Below are positions 1 to 12,560 of a stretch of 64,000 nucleotides of DNA, in pieces (within the stretch, counting starts at the first letter, position 1; every line of letters begins with the position of its first letter). Under the pieces are notes generated by a model. That model had not been told where the DNA came from, did no database searches, and saw only the letters and a list, made by a program, of their open reading frames with translations. Source of the stretch: Eledone cirrhosa (Eukaryota); assembly GCA_964016885.1 (NCBI GenBank), contig OZ024741.1:59086001-59150000 (forward strand). Direction: 5' to 3'. The translations under genes were made by a program, and so were the position numbers.

Positions 1-689
1 TGTTTTGTTTTTCCAGTTGGGAAACTGACATAATAGCTTAAAAAGAATCCAATTATTTGTGATATTTGCCGTGTTAGAAAATAATTGCCACCGTCTTCAA
101 AGATTACGAATCATTTCCCACTTGAAAGAAATACAGGCGGAACAATGATGGAATACTTAAAAGTTGTTCTAATGTTGGGAGTGTTTGTGTATGGTTTTCA
201 AGGGTGTCATTGATTTTTATGTTTTGTCTAATGTGGTATGTATCTGGTGGGCATGGTTAAGTGTAGGTTTGCGGTTTATGTTTGCTTGAGTTCATGGATA
301 GCATTGGTTTGATGGGGATTTGTTTGTGTTTGAAACAATAGTCATAGTTATATCAATATATAAAATATTATAAAAATAATATAAATAAGCATCAATACTG
401 AAAAATGATATAAAATAAATAATATATATAAACAACAATACTGAATATTAAAAACAAAATAATAATATATAAAAACAATATTACTGGAAAATATGAAAAT
501 AATATGAAATAAATAATAAAACAGTAATTAGGAATATTGAAAATAATTAAAAGGTTATACAACACAAGAATACATTATAATAAATAAAAATTATCTTAAG
601 TGGTTAAAAGAAATTATCAAATTTATTTTTAGCTAATGGCAGCTAAAGGTAGAACTGGATCACAATGAGTAAGACTGCACTAATTTGAC

Positions 690-842
690 ATCCATGAACA
701 CAGCATGGTGGTTGTATTGTTAAATACTTTGCATTGCAATCATTACGGTACGGGTTCAATCCTACTGTGTGGCATCTTGGGCAAGTATTATTTACAATAG
801 CGAGGTAAATTGGGTTGACAGAAACTGCTGTAAGCACATTCT
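690..842 (+). mobile_element. degenerate tRNA-derived SINE
   Basis: B-box-like GGGTTCAATCC followed by GGCATCTTGGGCAAGT...ACAGAAACTG; similar to 40675-40840 and 61325-61470. Confidence 0.5.
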
Positions 843-853
843 ATAAATGTGTG

Positions 854-884
<31 letters not shown>

Positions 885-984
885 GTCATCATCATCATCA
901 TCAGGACCAAAGATGTGAGGTATTCACTGATGCTGAAAAAAAGTAGCCTAGAAATGCCATTATGAGAAATGGCTGAATGAAGAG

Positions 985-1310
985 AATGCATGGAAGGGAG
1001 ATAGTCTGCCCCAAGTTACCAAACAGAGGGACTAGCCATAAGAGTCAGCAGTAACATTGTAAGGCAATTAAGAGGGTAGTTACTGAAATGTTGAAAGCAT
1101 CTGGGATGGTGAGTCACACCCTAACCACCTATTTCATAAACCATGTAATACAAAATGGTGCTATACCCAATGACTGGCATAGCAGCATCATTATCAACTG
1201 TTACAAGTGCAAAGGTGATGCATTAGGCAGAGGAAACTATAGAGGCATCAAGTTGATAGATCAGGTCATGAAAGTTACCAAAAGAGTTATTGCACAGTTG
1301 ATTAGTGAAA
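985..1310 (+). mobile_element. RTE-clade LINE RT fragment
   Basis: EMLKASG...IPNDWHSSIIINCYKCKGDALGRGNYRGIKLIDQVMKV, homologous to 7528-7857. Confidence 0.9.
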
Positions 1311-1922
1311 AAACGTTTGTTGTGAGCAGAGGTAGTAGCTTCCTGAACTTGTTCTATCCTGTTCTCATCATAGATACTATACTCTTAGACCAATCTCTTC
1401 CACTGCTAACTAGATCTCCTAGGTAATAGAAGCTCTCAACTGCTTCTATAGATCCTTCATAAGATTGGAAAAAGTTTATTTCATTGATATTCTTACTACT
1501 AACTATCCCTGTGCATCTCTTACTTATAAAGTCTACTTTTTCTGATTGTGTACCCAAGATTTCCATTTGCATTCACTGTATAGAGATTTGACCTACTCCT
1601 TTTCAACATATCAAGCAAGGCCACTTCCCTGAAGAGATTAGGGTCTCATCTCCTTTCATACTCAGTAAGACTTTAGCTTTTCCAAAGTTTACTCTAAGCC
1701 ATTGCTGTTTCCAAAGCTGGAGTTTCTTTTCTATCTCTTCTGCAAATTTGGCTATGGAAACTTGGTCAACAGCATATAGGAATTCCCATGGTCTTCCAGT
1801 TTTAAACTCTTCTGTTATGGCTTGGAGAACTATAATAAACAGGAGTGGGCTGAGGATCGAACCATAACGGACACCAACCTGCACATTGAATTCCTACTAA
1901 ACACATTACTTACTCTCACTTT
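1311..1922 (-). mobile_element. RTE-clade LINE RT fragment, inverted relative to the preceding piece
   Basis: VGVRYGSILSPLLFIIVLQAITEEF...FLYAVD (YADD-like), VESFYYLGD. Confidence 0.9.
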
Positions 1923-2654
1923 AGGAGAAGAGAGATAGGAATGAAGTTATGGGTGTATGGCATGTGTAGTGTGATTTGACAGGGTGATGAGTTGATGGAA
2001 GAGGTGATTGATAGTATGGAGGAGAGGGGATGTTGTGGTGGGAATGTGGTCAATTGTGTGTGTGAGAGGGGTTAGATAGGGGAGTGCAGTGATGGAGAAA
2101 ATAATTAAGGGGTGGTAGTGGAGGGGGCACAGGGGTAGAGAGAGTAGCTAGTTGTATGTGATAGTAAGGACATCTAAGGCCTTAGAAAGGGGAGAAGCTA
2201 AGGAAGGATACTGGAGGGGGCTTGCAGTGATAGTGAGGATAGCTACTGGGGAGTGCTATTGGACGGAGGGACACAGAAATGGGTCAGGTCATATTGTATG
2301 TTTGTGGCAGGGTTTTCACCAGCACAACATAGTGTCAACCTTCGTGGTCCTTTGATATCTCTGTTGTGAGGTTTAGTTTCTTAAGGTCGGTCTTCATTAT
2401 ACCTTGTCCAAAATCTTCCTGAATCTGCCTTTTCCATGGATCCCAACCACTGGTATTTCTCTCCATATATTTTTGCAACTGCTATATATATATTTGAAGG
2501 TAGATAAGGTTTTGTTTATGTATAACCAGAATGAATATTTAAACAAAAAAGCTGCTTACTAGAGACGGTATCCTTTGAATCATATATCATAAATATCCAA
2601 GCAGGCAAATATGATATATAGGACCAGAATAGATCACTGATAATATAAGATGTC

Positions 2655-3950
2655 GGTGTGAAGAGATTATGAATATGTTTCTGTGTTTATTATAAATTGT
2701 CTACATATGCTGACTACAATAGACATTGTTCAATCATATGCAATACTTAATTATTTATTACACTTCATCAGAAAGCCTATAGTAGTGGAATTCAACTGTT
2801 CACTATGAGGTAGAATTCAGTAATGAGATTTTCGTTTAAGAAAATGTAAATAAGTTAAAAATTGCATGAAATACAGTCAGTTAGTGTGATAGTAGAGAGA
2901 GGAGGGAGTGGGGGTAAAGAGTTTCACACTATCATTCCATATGCTATGATGTGGAACTTATAGATGAACACTTTCATCCAACACACAAATTCCATAAAAT
3001 ACTAAATAGAGACATGATCCGACTATCATATTCCACCACAGCTAACCTGGGCATTTCATTATGAAATTGAATAACAAACGCTTCCGCAGGTATAGCAATA
3101 CCAACAGCCAAGGGAAACCCAGACATAATCTGAACCTTCAGCAACATCCGCAGCCTCCAACACTGAGCAGACCAGCACCAACAAATACCAATGCCTCTTC
3201 CACTTTATGTGCACATATAACATTTTCCTGTCCATACCAGAATGAAAGATGCTCCTGTGAACTATGTTTGGTGGAAATAATTAAAATAGTGACTGGCAAG
3301 GACCTTCTAAATTCCCGGCAAGATAGGATATTTAATTGCAATCACAAGGTTCTAAAAATCTTTGCTAAATACAAACTGGATTAGAACAAGATTTGATCCC
3401 TAATACCTAGGTTTTACTATATCCTATTTGGTACATTTCCTGTGGCATTCAAACTTTTCACACCCAATGGATTTAGTAATATTCAAAACAATCCCATTTT
3501 CTTAATTCCTTTCCTCCTTACCCACTCTAGCCTTCTCTTAATCTCTGCCTTATCTTTCTCTGCCCCTCTCTTTATACCTTCTCTACCACCATATATGGTA
3601 AACATCAAAACCTTCACCTACAAGAATAATTATTCCACATCACAGTACATGGAATGATAGTGTGAAACTATTTACCCCCACTCCCTCCTCTCTCTACTAT
3701 CACACTAATTGACTGTATTTCATGCTATTTTAAACTTATTTACATTTTCTTAAACGAAAATCTCATTACTAAATTTTACTTGGTAGTGAACAGTTGAATT
3801 TCACTACTATTGGCTTTCTGATGAAATGTACTTAATAATTAAGTATTGCATATGATTGAACAATATATATTGTAGTCAGCATATGTAGACAATTTATAAT
3901 AGACACAGAAACATATGTCAAAGCAAATAAATTCATAATCTCTTCATGCC
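2655..3950 (+). mobile_element. old Penelope-like (Naiad-like) element with inverted pseudo-LTR arms
   Basis: Inverted arms 2655-2956 / 3633-3950; internal remnants HKFHKILNRDMIRLSYSTTANL and CSCELCLVEIIKI...LLNSRQDRIFNCNHK (GIY-YIG C-terminus). Confidence 0.8.
3813..3924 (+). ncRNA. type I hammerhead ribozyme motif with long stem II
   Basis: GCTTT-CTGATGA-(83 nt)-GAAA-CATATG-TC-AAAGC; stem I GCTTT/AAAGC, palindromic stem-loop III, GUC site. Confidence 0.75.
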
Positions 3951-5314
3951 ATTTTATTTTTCTTGGTGCAATACTTGTTTATATATATATATATATATAT
4001 ACACACACGCGCACAGTCTTTGTCGGAGCAAGGTACAGCATGGCCAATTCTGGCCAGATTTGTCTCCCAATGTGGATGATCCATCTAACCCATGCAAGCA
4101 TGGAAAAATGGATGCCAAACGGTGATGATGATTATGATGATCTTGATTGAAGAGAATGTAATTTGAAAGTGTTGAGCAAGATATTTCATTTTCAGTTCAT
4201 ACATACATTCACACATACATATATATACTGTCTAATCCTTGTTAGTAGAGAAAGTGAATGCTAAAATATGCAGCTGATGTTAATGTATACGTACATCCAT
4301 CCATCCATATGCACATTCATACATACATACACATACATACCTACACACACACATATACATATACACACACACACATACACAAAGAGAAAAACGACTATGT
4401 AAATACTCACTCCATTTCCTCTATCTGTTAGTGTACTCAACACTTTTTAACTTATGTGTTGCAATAAAGATATAACTCGAAAAACAACAGTAAAAAACAT
4501 ACATTAAAATGTTTTTTTAAATTTAAATTAGTTTAAATATCGAATCCATTTCTGCCTATTGATTGCCTGCCACCAACTGTGATACTATTAACTCTATAAC
4601 ACTAACGATCTTGTTCATTTTTTAGCGAACAATCTCTAGCATTATACAATTTATTTTACAATTAAACCACCACTGATTGAGTAGTGTAGATTATTTTTCT
4701 AACAATTCTATTTTAAAAACTCTAACTGCTACTATTAATTAGACAAGAGTTGAATTAGAACAGCATATCTTTCTTTAATAATGAAGCAGAAGGTTGAAAC
4801 TCTACAGGCAGAAATTATCAGATTTTAAGAATGAACAGTCCACGACAAGACATTTACTTGTTGAAAATAGCAGAGAATAAAATAAAAAGTAGGAAAGCCA
4901 CAAATTAATACCTAACATCCTGTAATATTATAGCAAAAAATATCTAAAAACAATTTTGTTAATTCAAATGTTTATTGTATCTTTACTACTGGACAGATTG
5001 TTGTGAACATTTTCAGTATTAGAGTAAAGACTTTTATTTTTAATGTGATATAGTTATAGTTATAGTTTTGTATTTTTCAGGAATATCTTACTAGTGCGGT
5101 TTCATGTGGTTTGTCAATTCAAATATGTATACTAGTGGACAGAGTTAATATTAAAACATCAAAAACAAATATGCCAGTCAATATCTTAAATACTTATTAT
5201 CATGATATGTCCTGAAATTATAATTTTCTTCCATTCAAAATAGAGGTGTATATGGTAGCATATATAACATATTTATGTATAATAAACCTATGTATATATG
5301 TGTTTATACATATG

Positions 5315-5675
5315 GCAGAATTAGAGAAGAAATTGAAAACCTGGGAGCATAGCTTATATGCAAAAATGTCTTAAAATCAACTTGGCAAAAACTAACATCC
5401 TAGTATGTAGAAAGTGAAACAGGCCCCTGATCCCTTCAGAGAAATGGCCTTGTTCAGTGTACAGGAGAGCAGTGGATAGAAATTTCATCATATGTCCCAA
5501 ATGCAAACTATGGGTACAAAAGATATATACAGTAGTGGGATCTCAGACAGGCTAGAAAATAATCGTAGGTTTTATATGTGATCGATTCAAAGCAGCAGTA
5601 ATCTGCAAGAGCTCACAAGAAACAAGATCCTTTAAATACTCAGAGAGCTCCGTAGAATTAGTTGATAGCTTCAAG
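5315..5675 (+). mobile_element. highly degenerate RTE LINE fragment
   Basis: AELEKKLKTW, SEKWPCSV, ELVDSF remnants collinear with 6772-7395. Confidence 0.6.
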
Positions 5676-6209
5676 AACACAAAATCATTGCTGAATACAT
5701 CAGTGCAGAATACATCAGAGGAAAAATGAATAGAGATGGACTAGCTATAAATAGAGAAGGAAGGGAGAGAGGGAAAATAAAAAAAAATATGTGTATGAAT
5801 TATTATAGAGAGGGGAGAAAGAAAGAGTAAGTTAAAGGTGAATTCATGACTTAAAATTTATAAAGAGATTGGTAAAAAGAAAACAAGAATGAAACTGAAG
5901 ACAAATTATGAAAGAAAAAAAAGATAAAGGCTTATATTTTAAAGGGAAATAATCTGCTATGTATAATTCTTTGAAAATAAAAAAAGGAAAACAAATTCAA
6001 TGTTGAAAGATATTATAAAGTACATGGATGAGTAAATAAATTTTAGATATAGGAATTGTTAAATTATTTAAGCAATTTTGTGGTTAAGAATGAATAATTA
6101 GTATGGTCAAATAATATTATTCATAGTTATAACAATTATTTAAATTTGATGAAAAATTTCAATTCATATAAAAATACATATAAAAGGTAACAGTGATATA
6201 TGATTTGAA

Positions 6210-9125
6210 TCATCATCATCATCATCATCATTTTACGTCCGCTTTTTCCTGCTTGCAAGGATGGGACGGGTCCTATTCAGCACAGCATCTCTCCACTTGT
6301 GACGGTCCTTCGTCATCTCCACCATGAGCTTCAGCGATCTGAGGTCTGCTCTCACCACCTCTGCCTATGTTTTTCGTGGTCTACCTCTACTACGTATTCC
6401 TTCAACTGGCATTTCCTGGCACTTCTTCACCCATCGGTCATCCTCCATGCGCATCACATGTCCATACCATCTCAGTCTCCTCTCCCGCACACTACAATCT
6501 ATCCCTCTCAAACACAGTTTCTCTCTCAACACATCCACACTCAGTTGTTCACGCACATTGACATTGCACATCCAACGGAGTATGTTTGCCTCATTTCTCT
6601 CCAGCCGTCGCATATCCTCTGCAGTTGCTGCCCATGTCACACTACCATGCAGCATCGTGCTCCTCACACAGGCATCATATAACCGGCCTTTCGTATGCAG
6701 AGAGAAACCCTTCTTCGTCAGTAGAGGAAGCAGCTCCCAAAACTTCTTCCAACCCGTCCTTATTCTAGATACTATGGCCTCGGAACACCCCCTCCCATGC
6801 TAATCTGATGTCCTAGGTACCGGAAGCTATCAATCACTTCTATAGCACCCACCTGCATTTGAAAAATGTGTCTATCAATGTGACTTCTACTGTCAAATTT
6901 CCCTGTACATCTACTGCATACGTATTTCTCCCTACCTGTTAGTTTTCCTGCTATCCGACTACATCTTTTGTGTAGCCAAGATCTGCATTGTATGCATTTT
7001 ATAGAATTTATGACAGTTCCTTTACTGCATATCGAAGATGGCCATTTCCCTGACAGAATCAGAGTTTTGTCCTCTTTTCTACTTATCAACACTTTTGTTT
7101 TAGCTATGTTTACTCTCAGTCCTCTTGATTCCAACTGCTGTTTCCATAGCCAGAATTTATTCTCTAGCTCCTCTACTGATTCTGCTATAAGCACCAGATC
7201 ACCAGCATAGAGAAGTTCCCATGGGCAGCCAGTATTAAACTCCTCTGTTATGGCTTGGAGGACTATAATGAACAAGAGAGGACTGAGGACAGAATCCTGA
7301 TGTACACCTACTTGTATCTGGAATTCCTCACTAAACTCCATTCCTACCCTCACTTTACTGACAGCACCTCTGTACAAAGTTTTCACTGTCCTCACAAGCC
7401 ATTCCTCAGCACCTAGTTTCCTTAGGGACCAACAGATGACAGATTGGGGTACCCTATCAAAGGCCTTCTCTAGGTCAACAAAAGCTGAGTATAGTGGCTT
7501 ATTCTTCTCTAAGAACCTCTCTTGTAATTATCTCACCAAGAAGAGGGCATCTGTTGTACTTTTCCCAGGCACAAAACCAAATTGCATCTCATCTACTTTG
7601 ACCCTTTCTCTAATTAGTTGTGCTAATATCCTTTCTGCCACTTTCATAACCTGATCCAGCAGTTTTATACCCCTATAATTGCTCCTCTCCAGACCATCCC
7701 CTTTACCTTTGTAGCAATTTATGAGAATACTGGTGCACCAGTCTTTGGGTATCACACCGCCATATATAGCCTGATTGATGATACGTGCAACCAGTTTAGT
7801 ACCTACGTCCCCTGATGCCTTCAGCATCTCAGCCCGACTGTCCAGCAGCCTTACCATTTTTCATTTCCTTAATCGCCTCTTGGACCCTATATTCGTCAAT
7901 CTCAATAGCTGGTCACTCTGTCGGATCTACTGAGAGTAATTTCTCTCTGTCCTATTCGTTCTCCACATTCATTAGTCTCTCATAGTGACATTTCCAGGAC
8001 TCCTTTTTCTGATCATTTGTGACACTAAGTACACCGGCGGCATCATTCCGGACACATTTATCTCCAACAACATCCTGATTTGCATTGACACACTGCCTTA
8101 CCATGTGGAACACTGCACGTCTCTGATCTTCCCATAGCAGAACATTGGCAAACCTCCTACTCTCAGCCTCCCTTCATGCTAAGTACACCTGACGTCTAAC
8201 TTCCTTCTTAGTATATCCTTTTTCCAAGCCTTCCATGCTAGTCTTTTGTCTCTAATGGCCCTATATACCGTGCTGTTGCACCACCAAGTCACTCTCTCTC
8301 TGGTTGGAGCTTTGCACCAGCCACAAGTTTCATCAGTAGCCTGCAGTAAGTTGTCACGTAACAAATTCCAGTTCTCACCTATGTCATACAACTCTAAATC
8401 GTCTTCTTTTTCGTCATACACATCTTGAATGGCTTTCCTAAATTTGTATTTTAGTGAAAGGTATTTTAGCTTCCAGACCTTTCTTCTCCACACCTTCCTG
8501 TATGTCTCATTCCGTCTCTTGCTTACTGAGATATCACTAACGACTAACCTATGCTGTGGTGTACATTCTTCCCCAGGGTATGCCTTGTTATTTGACACCA
8601 TCTGCCTATCCCGCTGCCTAGTAAGAAGTCAATCTGGCTTATATGCTCGCCTGATTTATAGGTTATTAGGTGGTTAGCAGGTTTCTGGAAGTTAGTGTTG
8701 CAAATAGTTAAAAGCAGTCTTTCTCCTCTTTACCTAGGCCTGCCTGGGGAGCATAGGCAGAGAGGATTGTCAGTAGTCTCCTGCCTACAACTAATCTAAA
8801 CTTATTCTATTATTAACTCAAACTACCTCTATTGTCTTATCGATCCATCTCTCAGGAAAATGCCTACTCCTGCTAACCCATCATCCTTACCTACCCAGAA
8901 AAGCTTATAACTAAGATGTTTGCTGAGCGACATTAGCTATAACCTGAAAAGAAGAAAAGATCAACATCAACGATAACTACTGAGCTGCAGGTTTGATGTC
9001 GGAGTTAACCCAGTTTCCTGAGATGCCCTCTCCTAGAAGAATGCCCTGACAAGGGCTAGGGTCCTTTACTCCCAGTGGTTTAACTGTGCGATCAGGTATC
9101 CAGCCCGATTATTTCTATGTCCCCG
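6210..9125 (-). mobile_element. RTE-clade LINE with internal deletion, frameshifts and stops
   Basis: APE remnants (8430-8930), RT (NYRGIKLL, QFGFVPGKSTTDA, LLYAGDL), C-terminus RRLRWYGHVMRM...RGRPRKT, (CAT)n tail at 6210-6231. Confidence 0.95.
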
Positions 9126-9149
9126 CACAAAAAAAAAAAAAATAATTAT

Positions 9150-9310
9150 AATAATAATTGTTTCTATTTTAGTACATTACTGGTACTTTATTTTATCGAC
9201 CCCGTAAGGATGAAAGGCAAAGTGAACCTCGGCGGGATTTGAACTCAGACCGTAAAGGGACGTAACTATGCTGGAAAGCATGGCGTCCGACGCTCTACCG
9301 ATACTGGTAC
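9150..9310 (-). mobile_element. tRNA-derived SINE
   Basis: Reverse complement carries B box GAGTTCAAATCC and body TTTGCCTTTCATCC...GATAAAATAAAGTACCAG, seen many times in the window. Confidence 0.85.
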
Positions 9311-9397
9311 GACACACACACACTCACACACACACCAACACTCATGCGTATAAACACACACACGCCACTCACTTACATACACACACACATATATATA

Positions 9398-10050
9398 TAT
9401 AAAGTGAAGTTGGGCGTTGTTTGTTTGTTTGGTGTCCCGAACTTGCAGGCTACACCGTTCATCTGATTTTCATGAAACTTGACCCGTAGATTGGAATAGG
9501 CTACTTGAAATTTTCGAAAAATCAATAATCGGGCCCCCAGAAGTCAAAAATCGATATTTTCAAAAATCGTCCGATTTCGATGAAACTCGACGCAAGTGTG
9601 TATTTTAATCCGGGGATGAACGTGGGCTACATTAAATTTTCGAAAAATTGATAATCGGACCCCCAGAGGCAAAAATCGATATTTTCAGAATTCGTCCGAT
9701 TTCAATGAAATTTGATATTACCAAGGTTGAAAAAATTCAGAAAGTTTTTTTAAACTCATAAATCATGCGTTAAATGAGACCTTTAAGAGTTAGGGCAGAC
9801 AATTATTCATAGTTTAATTATCAATGGCGCAATATTGTGGAAATATGCAAATCTACGCCTTTCTTTATGGGAAAATGGAAGGCTTTACAAACAGATATTC
9901 AGGGTTCTTTGAGTAGAATTCTTAATTCTTAAATAATTGTACAGTCAACAAAATATACGACAGAATGTTTTTCATCTTTTTTTCAAAAATCTTTCCATTT
10001 CAATGAAATTTAATGTGTATGTATTCGAACACAAGCACTTTTAGTTTACA
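9398..10050 (+). mobile_element. non-autonomous Helitron-like element (5' part)
   Basis: TATATATAAA + (TTTG)n start and repeated CCGATTT..ATGAAA motifs as in 32140 onward; internal ~115-bp duplication; 3' end unclear. Confidence 0.5.
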
Positions 10051-10079
10051 CCTGGCGCAATCAAAATCAATTTCATATG

Positions 10080-10310
10080 CCCATATAAGCACGCACAGAC
10101 TGTGAGTTACGCGCGTTATTGATTAGACGGCCTGCCTATACCACGAGCAGTATGTTTTCTCAACGATAGATACACAAACAGGTATGCACGCACGTGCGAA
10201 CCGCCTTTTTCTCTTTGTGTGTATCCGCTTTTTGTGAACAACAATAAATCCGGCCGTCTCACTAAATGGACCTTTACAGAATTTGCCCACTTACTTATCG
10301 GTGAGTTAGT
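10080..10310 (+). promoter_or_regulatory. CpG-rich promoter / first-exon-like segment
   Basis: Local CpG enrichment, CACGTG, pyrimidine tract CCTTTTTTCTCTTT, donor-like G|GTGAGT at ~10300. Confidence 0.25.
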
Positions 10311-10606
10311 GCTTATTTATTTAGACTACTTGCATGCTATTTCAGTTAAATTTAATTCATTTTTCGCCTTCCTTAAATTTAAAAATCTCCATTGGGACTA
10401 GAGGATTGTCGACATCTTAACGTTAAACTTTTCATATTCCCCCTTATTGAAGTGCAAATACAGTATTATCCCTACATGCACACATATATATGGATTCACC
10501 GAACATTTATTATAATGCTCGGTGTGTTTGTAAACAAACATCCCGAATTAAGCCGTAGAGTGTCTAGCAACCATCGTTGTTATTTTGTTCAACACTGACA
10601 AAGGAA

Positions 10607-10647
10607 CGCTGTACTAGTTTCAAGCTTATTAGCTATCGTCAGCAACG
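10607..10647 (-). ncRNA. minimal type I hammerhead ribozyme motif
   Basis: Minus strand: CGTTG-CTGACGA-TAGCT AATA AGCTT-GAAA-CTAG-TA-CAGCG. Confidence 0.75.
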
Positions 10648-10943
10648 TATACCTTCCAGCCAGATGATTGAACGTCTGAAAGTATATACTTTCCTTATGC
10701 ATATTAACGGCTGAGCAGCCTAATTTGCATATCGAGTGAGTTAATCGGCCGGACGCACCGAAAACGATAAACGGAAAAAATGAAACGAAATTTCATTTCT
10801 CACTCTTAGTACGGCTGTTACTTAAATATAAGTATGTATACGTACATACATATATGTATACAGACGTACATATATATATGTGTGCATGTATGTATATATA
10901 TATACATACTACTGTACGTCTGTATACATATATGTATGTACGT

Positions 10944-11003
<60 letters not shown>

Positions 11004-11033
11004 AGATCAAAAGATGGTTAAAAGAGTTCCATG

Positions 11034-11104
11034 TATTTTATTATGCGCATTTCAAAAACAAATATCATCATGCAATAACATTTGCGTTTTCGTCAGATAA
11101 AATA
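11034..11104 (-). ncRNA. type I hammerhead ribozyme (inverted-arm copy)
   Basis: Reverse complement of 14348-14418. Confidence 0.88.
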
Positions 11105-12244
11105 GGGAGACATGATATGAAGGTTAAAACACACTTGTGAATAGTGCAGTATAAATCAACATATGAAAAGTAGTTTTAGATTGATGTGTAATATTATGAA
11201 AAAAATTGAGGGGGGGGGGGGGTGGAAAGGATGAAAAAGAGGAGGAGATGAGAGTAAAAAGTGAAGGGGGAGGAGTATAATGAGGAAGGATGAGATAGGA
11301 GGAGAGATGGGTGATAGAGAGAGAGAGGTAGCTTTTATAACTGAGAAAAATATATTGTTTTACATAGAGAGGTTGAAAAACCGTTGGAAGATAATATATA
11401 AATTAAAAGAATTTGAAAATTAACGAAGAGAAAAATTTTAGAATAATGTTAAATTAAGGTATGTATATTTAAGGGTTTAATAATATGTGCGATGAAAAGA
11501 AATTGTTAATATGTATTAAGAATAATATTTAAGGGTTTAATAATATGTGCGATGGAAAGACATTGTTGATATGTATTATTAAAAAATAAAAAAATATAGC
11601 AATAGTAATGTAATTAAGGATATATTGTGAAAGAAGTAGAAGAGTGGATGAATAAGTGTAATATGTATAAGTTAGATGAGCATGAAAGGGAGAAAAAAAT
11701 AATGAATTGAGGATGAATATTCTAACGTCAAAAAAATGTTTATGTTTACGAAGGATTTTTTCAAGGTGATATGAAGTAAGAATATATTGTGCTGAGTAAT
11801 AATTGTTTCTACGTTAGGCACAATGATAATTGAGAAGTATCTAGGAAGAAAAGGTACAGATTAGAGGTTAGAAATTAAAAGAAAAAGAAAAAAAAAGAAA
11901 AAAGGAAAAAAGAAAGAAAGGGAAGTGATAAATAGGAGTGATATAGAATAAGCAACTGGTATTATATAATGTATAATAAATAACATTGAAATAAGGTAGA
12001 AAGATGGGTATATTTTTAATGAAATATATATGTATATATATGTGACTTTGATAAAAGGATTTTAAATTGATAAAGTATTAGATATTAGCTGTATACTTTA
12101 TGGAATGTTCTGTGGAATTTATGCAAGCAGAGAGAAAACAAGTCAGTGCGTCTATTTATTATAGAATCTAAATTAGATATAATGGTAAATTTTTCACATA
12201 AACAGAGATTGCATGTCTTGGATAGAGAACTATTCAAGTATGTT

Positions 12245-12560
12245 TGTTTATTTTTCTTATTCAATTTGTTGAACCAGCCAATCACTTCAGAAGTATCAAA
12301 CCATAAATTTAAGTTCAAAGAAGAGCAATTAGAACGAACCTGTGTGATAATTCTATCCAAGATGGCTTTGCTAACAACCCCAGATCTGATTTAGAGGGGG
12401 CGATTAGTCTAACAGGTAGTTCAGTACGAAAATTGTTTTTGTGATCCTTGAGATTTATCCTCGGAGTTCTTGGGAGGAATGGTTCAGTCTTTTTTCCGAT
12501 GCCAAGTTTTGACATAATCTCAGAAGCTTCAAAGTTTATGGATTCTAAATCTCTGTTAAT
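12245..12560 (-). pseudogene. Penelope-like RT N-terminal fragment
   Basis: INLKDHKNNFRTELPVRLIAPSKSDLG...NLWFDTSEVIGWFN. Confidence 0.85.

Noticed and set aside
8985-9125. HDV-like ribozyme at the RTE 5' end
   Set aside because: Could not build the nested double pseudoknot by eye; the 5' end looks truncated
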